Counted from the stretch's first letter, positions 48,758 through 57,568 are shown. The stretch is DNA of 64,000 nucleotides from Cenarchaeum sp. (GCA_963693095.2 OY843768.1:640001-704000), one strand, 5' to 3'. The notes: generated by a model not told the origin, from the sequence alone. Numbers and translations: made by a program.

Positions 48758-49861
48758 CTAGCCAAAGGTGAACGTGTATATCGCAAATCCGGGCTCGCTC
48801 GTGCGCAGCTCGAGGAGGCGCGGCGAGGAGGACTCGCTATTGACAATGTTGTACAGGCCATGCCCTGATATGGCCGCAACGCCGTCACTGACTGCCGAGC
48901 CGGCGTCGCCTGCGCCTATGGGCTCGCCGTCAAGGAGGACTTCGAGGGACGCCATGCCCTCACTGCCGGCCACGATATTGACCTCCTTTGCATAGTATGG
49001 GAGGTGCACCCTGCCGGACTCGGAGACGAGGATCATGCCGTCAGGCGTGTTTGTCCACGTGCCCTCGGGGTAAAAGTGGTTTGCCTCCAGCTCTGCAGGA
49101 ACCGTGTACGTCACGTCCTGCATGGGTTCAAAGCCCTCGGGGCTGCCGAGCTGGTTTCGCCCGTACGCAAACGCATACCCAAAGTAGAGCTCGCGCGTGC
49201 GACCCTCGTTCTCGTACTCGGCAATGTCCACGGTGCCCATGTCGGCCATGGGGGACATGCCGCGCGCCTCGGCACGCTCGGCGAGGAGTGCCTGGATCAC
49301 GCGCTCGGTGTTCTCATAGTCGCCCTCGCCGATGTGGTCATACCTGATATTGCCCTCATGGTCTGCGATGTACTTGCGTGGCCAGTACCTGTTCTCAAAG
49401 GCCTTCCATGTCTCCATGTCGTTGTCCATTACCACGGGGTATGCGATCTCGTGCTTTTGCACGGCGCGCTCGACATTTGCGATCTCTTTTTCAAACTCAA
49501 ACTCTGGTGAGTGGACGCCGATGATGAGGAGGCCGTCATCGGCATACCTCTCGTCCCATGACGTGATGTACGGGAGCGTGCGTATGCAGTTTATGCAAGA
49601 GTATGTCCAGATGTCATAAAGGACGACGCTGTCCTCAATCTCCTCGGCGAGGGCCTCAGGTGTCGTGTTTATATAGTGCGCAATGCCGACTAGGTCTGGT
49701 GCGGGGTTGTCCGGCCTTGCCGGAACCGATGCGGGCGCCTCGCCGTCGAGTTGCTGAGGTACAACGGCCTCATCTAGCGTCGAGAGCGCAATGCCGAGAA
49801 CCGCGACGCCAACGACAATTATGGCGCCATATACTATTGCGGTCTTTATGTTTGCATCCAT
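48758..49861 (-). CDS. Membrane-anchored redoxin (DipZ-like)
   Basis: WTYSCINCIRTLP, GVHSPEFEFEK, NRYWP, YTFTFG. Confidence 0.93.
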   Translation of the reverse strand: MDANIKTAIVYGAIIVVGVAVLGIALSTLDEAVVPQQLDGEAPASVPARPDNPAPDLVGIAHYINTTPEALAEEIEDSVVLYDIWTYSCINCIRTLPYITSWDERYADDGLLIIGVHSPEFEFEKEIANVERAVQKHEIAYPVVMDNDMETWKAFENRYWPRKYIADHEGNIRYDHIGEGDYENTERVIQALLAERAEARGMSPMADMGTVDIAEYENEGRTRELYFGYAFAYGRNQLGSPEGFEPMQDVTYTVPAELEANHFYPEGTWTNTPDGMILVSESGRVHLPYYAKEVNIVAGSEGMASLEVLLDGEPIGAGDAGSAVSDGVAAISGHGLYNIVNSESSSPRLLELRTSEPGFAIYTFTFG

Positions 49862-49868
49862 CCTTCAT

Positions 49869-50600
49869 TCACCCGAGTAGCACCAGCTCGTTTAGGAGCG
49901 GAAAGTTTGCAATGTATGCGAGCTGGCCGGTCAGGACAAGGACGCCGAGCGCAATGATCATGACGCCGAGGGCAACTGAATAGTAGCGCAGGTGGCGGCT
50001 CATTGCGCGCACTAGTGGCGTCGCGCGCGAAAAGAACGCACCCATTAGGAGAAACGGTATGCCCAGGCCCAGCGAGTACGCCAAGAGCAGGCTAAATGAC
50101 GCAGACGGCGTCGTTGCCGCAAGTGTCAGGATCGTTCCCAGAACGGGGCCAACGCACGGCGTCCAGCCGGCGGCAAACGCGAGGCCAAAGACAAACGACA
50201 TTGGAAGGCTTGCGCGACCCCCCTTTGGCAGGAACTTTTTCTCGAGGTTTAGCGATGCGCACTTTGTCGAGATGAGCATGAATGCGCCAAAGCCGATTAT
50301 GATGATTCCGCCGACATAGTTTAGCGTGCCGGCGAGCTCGGCGGCCGACTCGGAGAGGACGCTGTTTATGAGGACGCCGAGTGACGAGAAGACGACTGAA
50401 AAGCCGAGCACAAAGAAGACCGTGTTGAGCATGACGCCTGTCCTGTTTATGGTCTGCGTGGACGATCCCCTCTGCGCGAGCTCCGTTACTGTCGTGCCCG
50501 ATATGTATGCCAGGAATGCCGGTATCATGGGCAGTATGCACGGGGCGACAAAGGAGCCCACGCCGGCGAGGGCCGCTATGGCGATGCTAATCTCGGCCAA
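49869..50600 (-). CDS. ccdA: CcdA/DsbD-like membrane electron transporter
   Basis: SFVAPCILP, GWTPCVGPVLG, YSLGLGIPF. Confidence 0.93.
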   Translation of the reverse strand: MAEISIAIAALAGVGSFVAPCILPMIPAFLAYISGTTVTELAQRGSSTQTINRTGVMLNTVFFVLGFSVVFSSLGVLINSVLSESAAELAGTLNYVGGIIIIGFGAFMLISTKCASLNLEKKFLPKGGRASLPMSFVFGLAFAAGWTPCVGPVLGTILTLAATTPSASFSLLLAYSLGLGIPFLLMGAFFSRATPLVRAMSRHLRYYSVALGVMIIALGVLVLTGQLAYIANFPLLNELVLLG

Positions 50601-50698
50601 TGCCCATGCGTGGACGCCCGGCGCTTTAAAGCGTTATTCCAGATTTGTTCCACCTCTGCGCGCTTGACTTTTAAGCGCACGCGTGACGCGCCCGGACC

Positions 50699-50806
50699 AT
50701 GAACGTGCGCTTTGCCATAGTCGCCGCCGTGCTCGGCACTGCGATCATGGCGGCATTTCTCATGGGCTCGCCGATGTTTGGCGGCTATGACATGGCGGCC
50801 CGCTAG
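50699..50806 (+). CDS. 35-aa single-TM protein (absent from ORF track)
   Basis: MNVRFAIVAAVLGTAIMAAFLMGSPMFGGYDMAAR; TTTTAA box about 28 bp upstream. Confidence 0.6.
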   Translation: MNVRFAIVAAVLGTAIMAAFLMGSPMFGGYDMAAR

Positions 50807-51939
50807 GAGACTCTCATCGCGTGGCATGCCCTGCGGACCTCGTCGAGGGCATCGCCGAGCTCGTCCGCATCAGGCCATGCCGTCACGGAGAGGCGGATTC
50901 TAGCCGAGCCTAGGGCAACGGTGGGATGGCGAACCGCGTGCGCAAAGATGCCGCGCTCATCAAGCCGTTCCCCGAGGCGAACCGCCTTGCGCTCATCGCC
51001 AACTATGATAGGCGCAATGTGCGTGCGTACGCCTTCCCTGCCGAGTCCCATCGAGTCAATGCACGAGTGCAGGAGGCGCGTGTTGCGCGCTAGCCTCTGG
51101 CGCCTTGCGGCCTTTGGCTCGGCGACCCTGGCACGGGCGTGCGCGATGACCTGCGGCGGGAGCGCTGATGTGTAGATAAGCGGCCTTGCGCGGTTTGCGC
51201 ACAGCTCCACCGTGCGAGGACCGGCAGCGACATATCCGCCAAGTGAGCCGATGGCCTTGCTGAGGCTGCCCGTGTGCACGTCGATGCGGCCCTGAACCCC
51301 TAGCATGCTTGCCGTCCCGCCACCGCGACTGCCCAGGACAAAGTCGCCATGCGCGTCATCTAGGACGCTTATTGCGCCGTGCTGTGCCGCAACTTTTGCA
51401 ATGCCCCGAATGTCAGCAACGTCGCCGTCCATGCTAAAGACGCCTTCAGTCACGATGATCCTTGCCCCTGCGGGCCGCCGAAGCTCCCTCTCCAGGGCGC
51501 CGACGTCATTGTGCGTATAGACTGCCGTGCGCGCACCGGAGAGCCTGCACGCGTCTATGACGCTTGCGTGGTTTAGCTCGTCAGAGACTACGACATCGCC
51601 CTTTTTTGCAAGCGCGCACACGGCGCCAATGTTGGCCATGTATCCTGTCGGAAAGACGAGCGAGGCGGCCTGCGAGCGGTGCGAGGCCAGCGACCTCTCC
51701 AGTGGCGCGTATCCGGCGGCGTTTCCGGAGAGGAGCCTTGATGAGGATGCGGCCTGCTCCCAGCGCGCCGCGCCGCCAGACGAGAGGCCCAGATAGTCAT
51801 TGGAGGAGAGGTTTAGGAGGCGCCTTTTGCCGATGAGCACGTGCGACCCGTCGGCCCTTGCCGTGCGAAGCCTGCGCAGCAGGCCCTGGGAGCGAATGCG
51901 GGACAGCTCGCCGGAGGCGAGGGACTCACTTGGCCTCAA
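50803..51939 (-). CDS. bioF: 8-amino-7-oxononanoate synthase
   Basis: SSNDYLGL, TGYMAN, SDELNHAS, EGVFSMDGD, DDAH, GSLSKA. Confidence 0.93.
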   Translation of the reverse strand: MRPSESLASGELSRIRSQGLLRRLRTARADGSHVLIGKRRLLNLSSNDYLGLSSGGAARWEQAASSSRLLSGNAAGYAPLERSLASHRSQAASLVFPTGYMANIGAVCALAKKGDVVVSDELNHASVIDACRLSGARTAVYTHNDVGALERELRRPAGARIIVTEGVFSMDGDVADIRGIAKVAAQHGAISVLDDAHGDFVLGSRGGGTASMLGVQGRIDVHTGSLSKAIGSLGGYVAAGPRTVELCANRARPLIYTSALPPQVIAHARARVAEPKAARRQRLARNTRLLHSCIDSMGLGREGVRTHIAPIIVGDERKAVRLGERLDERGIFAHAVRHPTVALGSARIRLSVTAWPDADELGDALDEVRRACHAMRVS

Positions 51940-52897
51940 GGCCGATGCGCCTGATCATCGCTGCGTCCTCCTCGGCACGCCGTCCGCCAGTGGTCAGGTA
52001 TCCGGCAGTTATTATCGCGTTGGCGCCCCCGCGCAATATGGACTCACCGGCGTCATCCAGCGCCTTTTCGCGTCCGCCTGAAACCCTCACTGTCGCGTGG
52101 GGGACGAGAAAGCGCATTAGCGCAAAGGTGCGCTCGGCCTCGCCGTCCGGAAGCGGCTCCTGGAGCTCAAGCGGGGTGCCGGGCATGGGCGTGAGGATGT
52201 TTATCGTGACCTCCTCGGGTGCCACTGATGCGATATCCAGGGCGAGCTCTAGCCTCTGGGCGCGCGTCTCGCCCATTCCTATTATCCCGCCCGTGCACAC
52301 GCCGAGGCCTGCCTCGCGCGCGACGTGCAGCGTGTCCATGCGGTCATCATACGTGTGCGTGGTGCATATCTCGGGAAACTTTGAGCGCGCCGTCTCGAGG
52401 TTGTGGTTGTACTTTGCGACGCCAAGTGACTTTAGGCGGCGTGCCCTGGCCGGAGTCAGGAACCCCAGGCTGCAGTCGACGTCGATTCCGACGGTTTGGT
52501 TGATCTCCTCGATGATCCTGCAGACGCGTTCAAAGTCACCAGGCGGCGGCTCGCGCCAGGCCGCAACAAGGCAGTACGATGACGCCCCGTCATCGCGTGC
52601 GCGACGCGCCTGTGCGACAATCTCCTCGCTAGGCGCCAGCGTGTGCGTGCCAATTCCCGTGTCGTACAATGCCGACTGGGCGCAGAACGTGCAGTCCTCC
52701 GAGCACGCGTTTTTCTTGATGTTGGCAAGCTCTTCGACCTCGACTTGGGGGCCGTGGAGTTCACGCGTTATCCGATCGGCCTCGCGCATGAGGCCTGCAA
52801 TGTCGCCATAGGCTGCCAGCATGCCCGCCTCGTCAGCCGTGATCGGATCGCCGCACACGACCCTGGTGGCCATCGCGCGCAGCCAGTTGCCGTCCAT
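51926..52897 (-). CDS. bioB: Biotin synthase (radical SAM)
   Basis: CSEDCTFCAQS, CSLG, YNHNLET, CTGGIIGMGE, SGGRE, YLTT. Confidence 0.96.
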   Translation of the reverse strand: MDGNWLRAMATRVVCGDPITADEAGMLAAYGDIAGLMREADRITRELHGPQVEVEELANIKKNACSEDCTFCAQSALYDTGIGTHTLAPSEEIVAQARRARDDGASSYCLVAAWREPPPGDFERVCRIIEEINQTVGIDVDCSLGFLTPARARRLKSLGVAKYNHNLETARSKFPEICTTHTYDDRMDTLHVAREAGLGVCTGGIIGMGETRAQRLELALDIASVAPEEVTINILTPMPGTPLELQEPLPDGEAERTFALMRFLVPHATVRVSGGREKALDDAGESILRGGANAIITAGYLTTGGRRAEEDAAMIRRIGLEAK

Positions 52898-53059
52898 CAC
52901 CGGCCACTCCACATGGCGCATTAATAAAACTGGCGAGGCGTGCTGCCGACATGGCGTTTGTGGACACCTTGGCAGCTTGCTGGCTGGGGACATGTTGGCA
53001 GCAGACGGGGTCACATTGTGCCTTCATGTGGCTCAACCGCACATGTTCTAGGGATGGTG

Positions 53060-53551
53060 TTATGTGAACGACAAAATGCCCGCATTCGGGAGTTCCATAA
53101 ACTTGACCACTGCCGTCATGGTCATTATGTAGCCGAACAGCAGCATTGATGTGATGATGAGGTTTTTGTTCTCCCGGTGTTTTTTCTTTAGCACTATGGT
53201 GTTGTGGCGTATTGCTCCTTTGTATGCTTGTTCGCGATAACTATGTACGTGATATTCCGCGTCTGATTTCATACTGCCAATATCATGAACCGTGAGATCT
53301 GCACCTCCGAGCTTTACAGGCTTGTCTGCTAGCATTTTTACGCCTATTCTCATTGGGTATGCAACAGCAAACGCCAATGCCAAAACAAAGATGTATGGGC
53401 TGCCTATGTTGTTAAACGCATAGGCAAACAGCATCACTGCCACAAACGAGAGGAATATTGACGCCTTTATGTCTAAATGCTGGCACAGAATTGCCAAAAG
53501 CACGTTGTGCTGTTGCATGATCGATATGCGGCCAATCCTGTCACTCGTCAT
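53060..53551 (-). CDS. Low-GC 3-TM membrane protein resembling Pycsar TM effectors (start 53551 or 53518)
   Basis: LDIKASIFL before TM1-TM2; NTIVLKKK before TM3. Confidence 0.65.
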   Translation of the reverse strand: MTSDRIGRISIMQQHNVLLAILCQHLDIKASIFLSFVAVMLFAYAFNNIGSPYIFVLALAFAVAYPMRIGVKMLADKPVKLGGADLTVHDIGSMKSDAEYHVHSYREQAYKGAIRHNTIVLKKKHRENKNLIITSMLLFGYIMTMTAVVKFMELPNAGILSFT

Positions 53552-53789
53552 CCTTGTCCACGTCCTTCTTATGGCAGTCGCACCCTTCAAACTTACACCG
53601 CTCGGGCTCAATATTGTCAAAGTCCACCCGGCCGCCAAACTCCATGACGCCATGAACTATGCCGACGCGGCCTCCGAGTATCCACTGGGTGTTCGCCTCC
53701 CTGTCCTCCCTGTTTATCCTGTCCGCCTCCTCTTCGGTCGGGCCTAGCAAGGCAATCTTCCTGAACAGGCGGTATAGCCGATCGCGCAT
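53541..53789 (-). CDS. 82-aa protein, copy A
   Basis: Paralog of 53907-54155; only synonymous differences in codons 1-50; TATA-like TTTTAATATATA upstream. Confidence 0.85.
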   Translation of the reverse strand: MRDRLYRLFRKIALLGPTEEEADRINREDREANTQWILGGRVGIVHGVMEFGGRVDFDNIEPERCKFEGCDCHKKDVDKDDE

Positions 53790-53906
53790 GGGGCAGGCCG
53801 GACGCGTCGCCCTATATATTAAAATCGTCGATATGGCGCACTTTTTGCGCATGGCGCAGCGTCACGCGCGCCGTGCTGCTGCATGACAGGCACGTGGCCA
53901 ATCCTG

Positions 53907-54155
53907 TCACTCGTCAACCTCTTTCACGTCCATTTTCCGGCAGCCGCACCCCTCAAAAGTACACACAAAGGGCTTCACCCTGCTAAAGTCCACCCGGTAG
54001 CCATACTCCATGACGCCATGAACTATACCGACGCGGCCTCCGAGTATCCACTGGGTGTTGGCCTCCCTGTCCTCCCTGTTTATCCTGTCCGCCTCCTCCT
54101 CGGTCGGGCCCAACAGGGCAATCTTCCTGAACAGGCGGTATAGCCGATCGCGCAT
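53907..54155 (-). CDS. 82-aa protein, copy B
   Basis: Paralog of copy A with the same length and shared CxFEGCxC motif. Confidence 0.85.
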   Translation of the reverse strand: MRDRLYRLFRKIALLGPTEEEADRINREDREANTQWILGGRVGIVHGVMEYGYRVDFSRVKPFVCTFEGCGCRKMDVKEVDE

Positions 54156-54203
54156 GGGGCAGGCCGGACGTGTTGCCCCATATATGCAAATCGCCGTTCT
54201 GAT

Positions 54204-55613
54204 CTATTTCTTGCGCACGGTGTGCCCTTGTGGGCGTCGGCGCGCGCCATGGTCCGGCGATGCCGAAGAGCCGGCCATCCTGCGTGCGGCGGCGACTATG
54301 GTCTCGGCGGCGGCCTCGCAGAGAGTGTCGAGCTGTGCGGCCGGCATTGCCAGTGGCGGGACGATCATGACAATGTTGCCAAGCGTGCGCAGGTATATGC
54401 CGCGCCTCCTTCCCTCCTCGTAGACGATGCGGTTTATCGAGCGGTTTGGCGTGGGCGCCCTTTTCGTGCGCTCGTCCCGGACCAGCTCGACTCCCATTAC
54501 CATGCCGCGATGCCTGACGTCACCGACCATTGGCAGCGTGGCCATCCTGTCGGCAAACGAGCCCAGTACGCGTGATGTCTTGCGTATGCGATCAAGCAGG
54601 CGGTGCCGCCTGTACAGGCGAATGTTTTCGAGCGCAACGGCGGCGGCAATGGGGTTTCCGGTGTACGTGTGGCCATGAAACAGGTGGCGTCCCTCGGCAT
54701 ACTCGCCGAGAAACGAGTCGTGGACCCTGCGTGTCGCAAGCGTTGCGCCAAGCGTCACATATCCGCCGGTGAGCATCTTGCCAAATGACACAATGTCAGG
54801 CCTAGAGCCCTGCGCGGTGTACTCGGCCATCGATCCAAGGCGGCCAAACCCCGTGGCAACCTCGTCGAGCACTAGGAGCGCGCCATGCCTGCGGCATGCC
54901 CTTGCGATCCCGCGCTGGTATCCGCGCGGGTATATGCGCACGCCTCCGGCCATCTGCGCGCCGCTCTCCATGACTAGCGCGGCGACATCCCCGCGCGCGA
55001 GCCGGCGCTCGGCGGCCTCGACGCACTGTGATGCGTCATCGTCCGGATCGCATGAGCGGTGGTACGCGTCAGGTGCCGCAACGCGCGAGACGCCAAAGAG
55101 GTGTCCCTTGAAGCGTGAAAAGAACTGTGCCGAGTACCCGATCGACATTGCGCCAAACGTGTCCCCGTGGTATCCGCCCTCGAGTGCCACGATCGCCGAC
55201 CTGGCGCGCTCGCCGGCGTTCTGCCAGTGCTGAAGGGCAATCTTTGTGGCGACCTCCATCGCCGTCGAGCCATTGTCCGAATAGAACACGTGGGACATTC
55301 CTGGCGCGATGCTGACAAGCTCCTCGGCGAGTCGTTCGGCCGGCCCGTGCGTCAGGTTGAAGAGCGGCGAGTGGGCAAGCGTGGCGGCCTGGCGCGACAT
55401 TGCGCGCACTAGCTCGCGGCGCGAGTGGCCCCACACATTGCACCACATTGACGCTACCCCGTCAAGCAGGCGCGTCCCGTCAGCGCAGACGAGGCTCATC
55501 CCGTCCCCGCGGACTATCTCATCAAAGGCGGCCCACTCGCGCATCTGCGTGTTTGGGTGCCACACGCGGCTGCGCGCCGCTCTTCCCTGGGCAGGCCTGC
55601 CGGTGTTCGCCAC
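54204..55613 (-). CDS. bioA: Adenosylmethionine--8-amino-7-oxononanoate transaminase
   Basis: VWHPNTQM, SMWCNVWGH, SDNGSTAMEVA, YHGDT, DEVATGFGR, GKMLTGG, HGHTYTGNP. Confidence 0.95.
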   Translation of the reverse strand: MANTGRPAQGRAARSRVWHPNTQMREWAAFDEIVRGDGMSLVCADGTRLLDGVASMWCNVWGHSRRELVRAMSRQAATLAHSPLFNLTHGPAERLAEELVSIAPGMSHVFYSDNGSTAMEVATKIALQHWQNAGERARSAIVALEGGYHGDTFGAMSIGYSAQFFSRFKGHLFGVSRVAAPDAYHRSCDPDDDASQCVEAAERRLARGDVAALVMESGAQMAGGVRIYPRGYQRGIARACRRHGALLVLDEVATGFGRLGSMAEYTAQGSRPDIVSFGKMLTGGYVTLGATLATRRVHDSFLGEYAEGRHLFHGHTYTGNPIAAAVALENIRLYRRHRLLDRIRKTSRVLGSFADRMATLPMVGDVRHRGMVMGVELVRDERTKRAPTPNRSINRIVYEEGRRRGIYLRTLGNIVMIVPPLAMPAAQLDTLCEAAAETIVAAARRMAGSSASPDHGARRRPQGHTVRKK

Positions 55614-55736
55614 GGCAGTGCGCGCCCGCACATAGGACGTATAAAGCAATGGTGAGCATGTGAATTTTCGGTGCACATTTGGTCAGCACTGTGCGCATTG
55701 CTACCTCTATATGGCGAGCGCGCCTGCGCTTCGGGC

Positions 55737-56306
55737 ATGCCGACCAGGACAGTCGATGGCGCCGTGCGCCCGAGGCGCGCATCCCCTGGGCAGGTTCACG
55801 CGGCATCGAGGGCGCGCCGGCAGCGCGGCTATAGCTGGGAGGGCACGATATCGCGCCGCTTTAATGCGCTAGAGGACTGGAGCGCATACCGCCTCGGCTC
55901 GCCTAGCACGTCGCTGCCTGACGTTCTGGCCCTAAACCCGTCTGAGAGCTCGGCATATATCATGGAGGCAAAGTCCGGCACGACCAACCGCCTGGTCGTG
56001 CCTGTCGACCAGGTCGAGCGCTGCGTCGATTGGGCACACGTTCTCGGACCATACCAGAAGCGGAGGGTGGTCCTGGCATTCAAGTTCCTCTCAAAGAAGC
56101 GCATTGCGCGCGGCGAGTACGGCGGAAGGGAGCTGCGCGAGTACTATAAGGAGTGGGATTCTGCTGCCAGGCCAGTCGAGTGCGTGTGCCATTATGACGG
56201 CTCGACGTACGGCCGCGATGGCGGCGTGCGCGTGGATCTTGACCTGCCTGACTGTGACGTGCCCATAGCGCGCAAGAGGCGCAGGCGTGCCCCACAAGGT
56301 ATTTAG
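55737..56306 (+). CDS. PD-(D/E)XK nuclease, Holliday junction resolvase (Hjc)-like
   Basis: RGYSWE, LPDVLA, IMEAKS, LAFKF. Confidence 0.8.
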   Translation: MPTRTVDGAVRPRRASPGQVHAASRARRQRGYSWEGTISRRFNALEDWSAYRLGSPSTSLPDVLALNPSESSAYIMEAKSGTTNRLVVPVDQVERCVDWAHVLGPYQKRRVVLAFKFLSKKRIARGEYGGRELREYYKEWDSAARPVECVCHYDGSTYGRDGGVRVDLDLPDCDVPIARKRRRRAPQGI

Positions 56307-56315
56307 CAAACGCGC

Positions 56316-56894
56316 ATGAGCGCGCGAACCATGGGAGACGGGAAGAGCACTGGAAGCCTGGGCAGGCTGCGCTCAATTCTGGGTCGCAGTAACGCAAAGT
56401 CACCGCCTGCCGAGGAGACCCTGCAGGCCAGCGAGCCGGCCGCACCGCATGATGATGAGAGTGCTGCCGAGCCTGCCGTCGACAGCGCGGTCCGGTCCAT
56501 CCTTGATGATGGCACGTCGCACGCCGAGCGCAATGCCGAGTTTGAGGAGTTTCTTGACGAGCGTGTGCTAGTTAGCCGCGATGCGCTAGGAAAAAAGGAG
56601 ATGAAGGTAAAGGTCATCGAGGTGACTGACGAGCACCCGCCCTCAAAGTGGAAGCTCGGCGATCGCGTAAAGGCCCGCCGCATACTAGTCACAATAAAGC
56701 ACCTAGAGTCCATGAAGGTCGAGGAGGCAGAGTTTGACATCGAGGCCATCGAGGCCGAGCTTGCCGAAAAGCGCCACTATACGTCATCGAACCGCTGGAT
56801 ACCGACATCTGACATCAAGAACGGCTATGTCCTAAAGACAAGGCACATGGCCCTGATCAGTGACGCCCTGGCCCTAGACTATATCGCCTTCTAG
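56316..56894 (+). CDS. Hypothetical protein
   Basis: Clean ORF with host codon usage and a globular-looking C-terminus. Confidence 0.75.
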   Translation: MSARTMGDGKSTGSLGRLRSILGRSNAKSPPAEETLQASEPAAPHDDESAAEPAVDSAVRSILDDGTSHAERNAEFEEFLDERVLVSRDALGKKEMKVKVIEVTDEHPPSKWKLGDRVKARRILVTIKHLESMKVEEAEFDIEAIEAELAEKRHYTSSNRWIPTSDIKNGYVLKTRHMALISDALALDYIAF

Positions 56895-56997
56895 GGGAGA
56901 CGCCGATCCTGCGATCACCGGCGCAACGCGGCACGTCAGGCACACGCCGGGCCACGCATGAAAAGGGTTTTAAGGCAAGATTTTTGCGCGTGGGCCG

Positions 56998-57297
56998 TTG
57001 ATCACAAAGCAGATCATAGTCAATGGAAACACCTACAAGGTCATCCTGACTGACCAGGTCATAAGCTATGTCAACTCGCTCAAAAAGCTCTACGAGAACA
57101 CCGTGTACGAGGATCCCGAGACGTTTGAGCAGATGAGCTCCGAGATCTCGGCGACGGTCGGCGAGATAGCCACGGCGATCGACCCGCCGGCCGACGAGGG
57201 CGACCTCGACGGAATAATCCAGGAGATAATCAGGTCAGTTGACAGCAGGGCCGCCGAGATGGAGCAGCAGCTCTCAAAGAGCAAGTCCTCGCGCTAG
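56998..57297 (+). CDS. Hypothetical protein
   Basis: Clean ORF; TTTTAA box about 28 bp upstream. Confidence 0.8.
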   Translation: MITKQIIVNGNTYKVILTDQVISYVNSLKKLYENTVYEDPETFEQMSSEISATVGEIATAIDPPADEGDLDGIIQEIIRSVDSRAAEMEQQLSKSKSSR

Positions 57298-57352
57298 GAC
57301 ACGCGTGCGCCGCGGCAACAAGTTATAACCCTCTGCGACTGCCATTCGCACG

Positions 57353-57481
57353 ATGAGCAGGGGATGTGAGTGCGGGATATGCGGGCACTTTTCAGAGGAC
57401 GAGTGCCTCGAAAAGGAGTGCAAGTGCTGCTCCAACTTTCACGTGAGGTCAGGACCGCGCCAGGTTGCGCCACCGGCCTAG
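57353..57481 (+). CDS. 42-aa Cys-rich, metallothionein-like protein (absent from ORF track)
   Basis: MSRGCECGICGHFSEDECLEKECKCCSNFHVRSGPRQVAPPA; TTATAA at 57323. Confidence 0.75.
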   Translation: MSRGCECGICGHFSEDECLEKECKCCSNFHVRSGPRQVAPPA

Positions 57482-57568
57482 TCCCTGTGGGCACAGCCGC
57501 ACCGCCTTGCCGCATGGCGATGGCACCCAATGATCCAGTGATCGGCGCATCCGCACAGGATGCATCTT

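Larger units (their letters stand above)
53508..54225. repeat. Tandem direct duplication with a 366-bp period (promoter, 82-aa gene and start of the next gene)
   Basis: Stop codons at 53541 and 53907, starts at 53789 and 54155; homology continues into both flanks. Confidence 0.95.

Noticed and set aside
51926-52897. BioB acting as a RiPP maturase for the Cys-containing peptides
   Set aside because: It is a canonical biotin synthase adjacent to bioF, with no RRE or SPASM features.
53541-54155. Diversity-generating retroelement TR/VR pair
   Set aside because: Differences are not adenine-specific in either direction (ggc/tac, gag/ttt, cgg/gtg), both copies are intact genes, and no reverse transcriptase is in the window.
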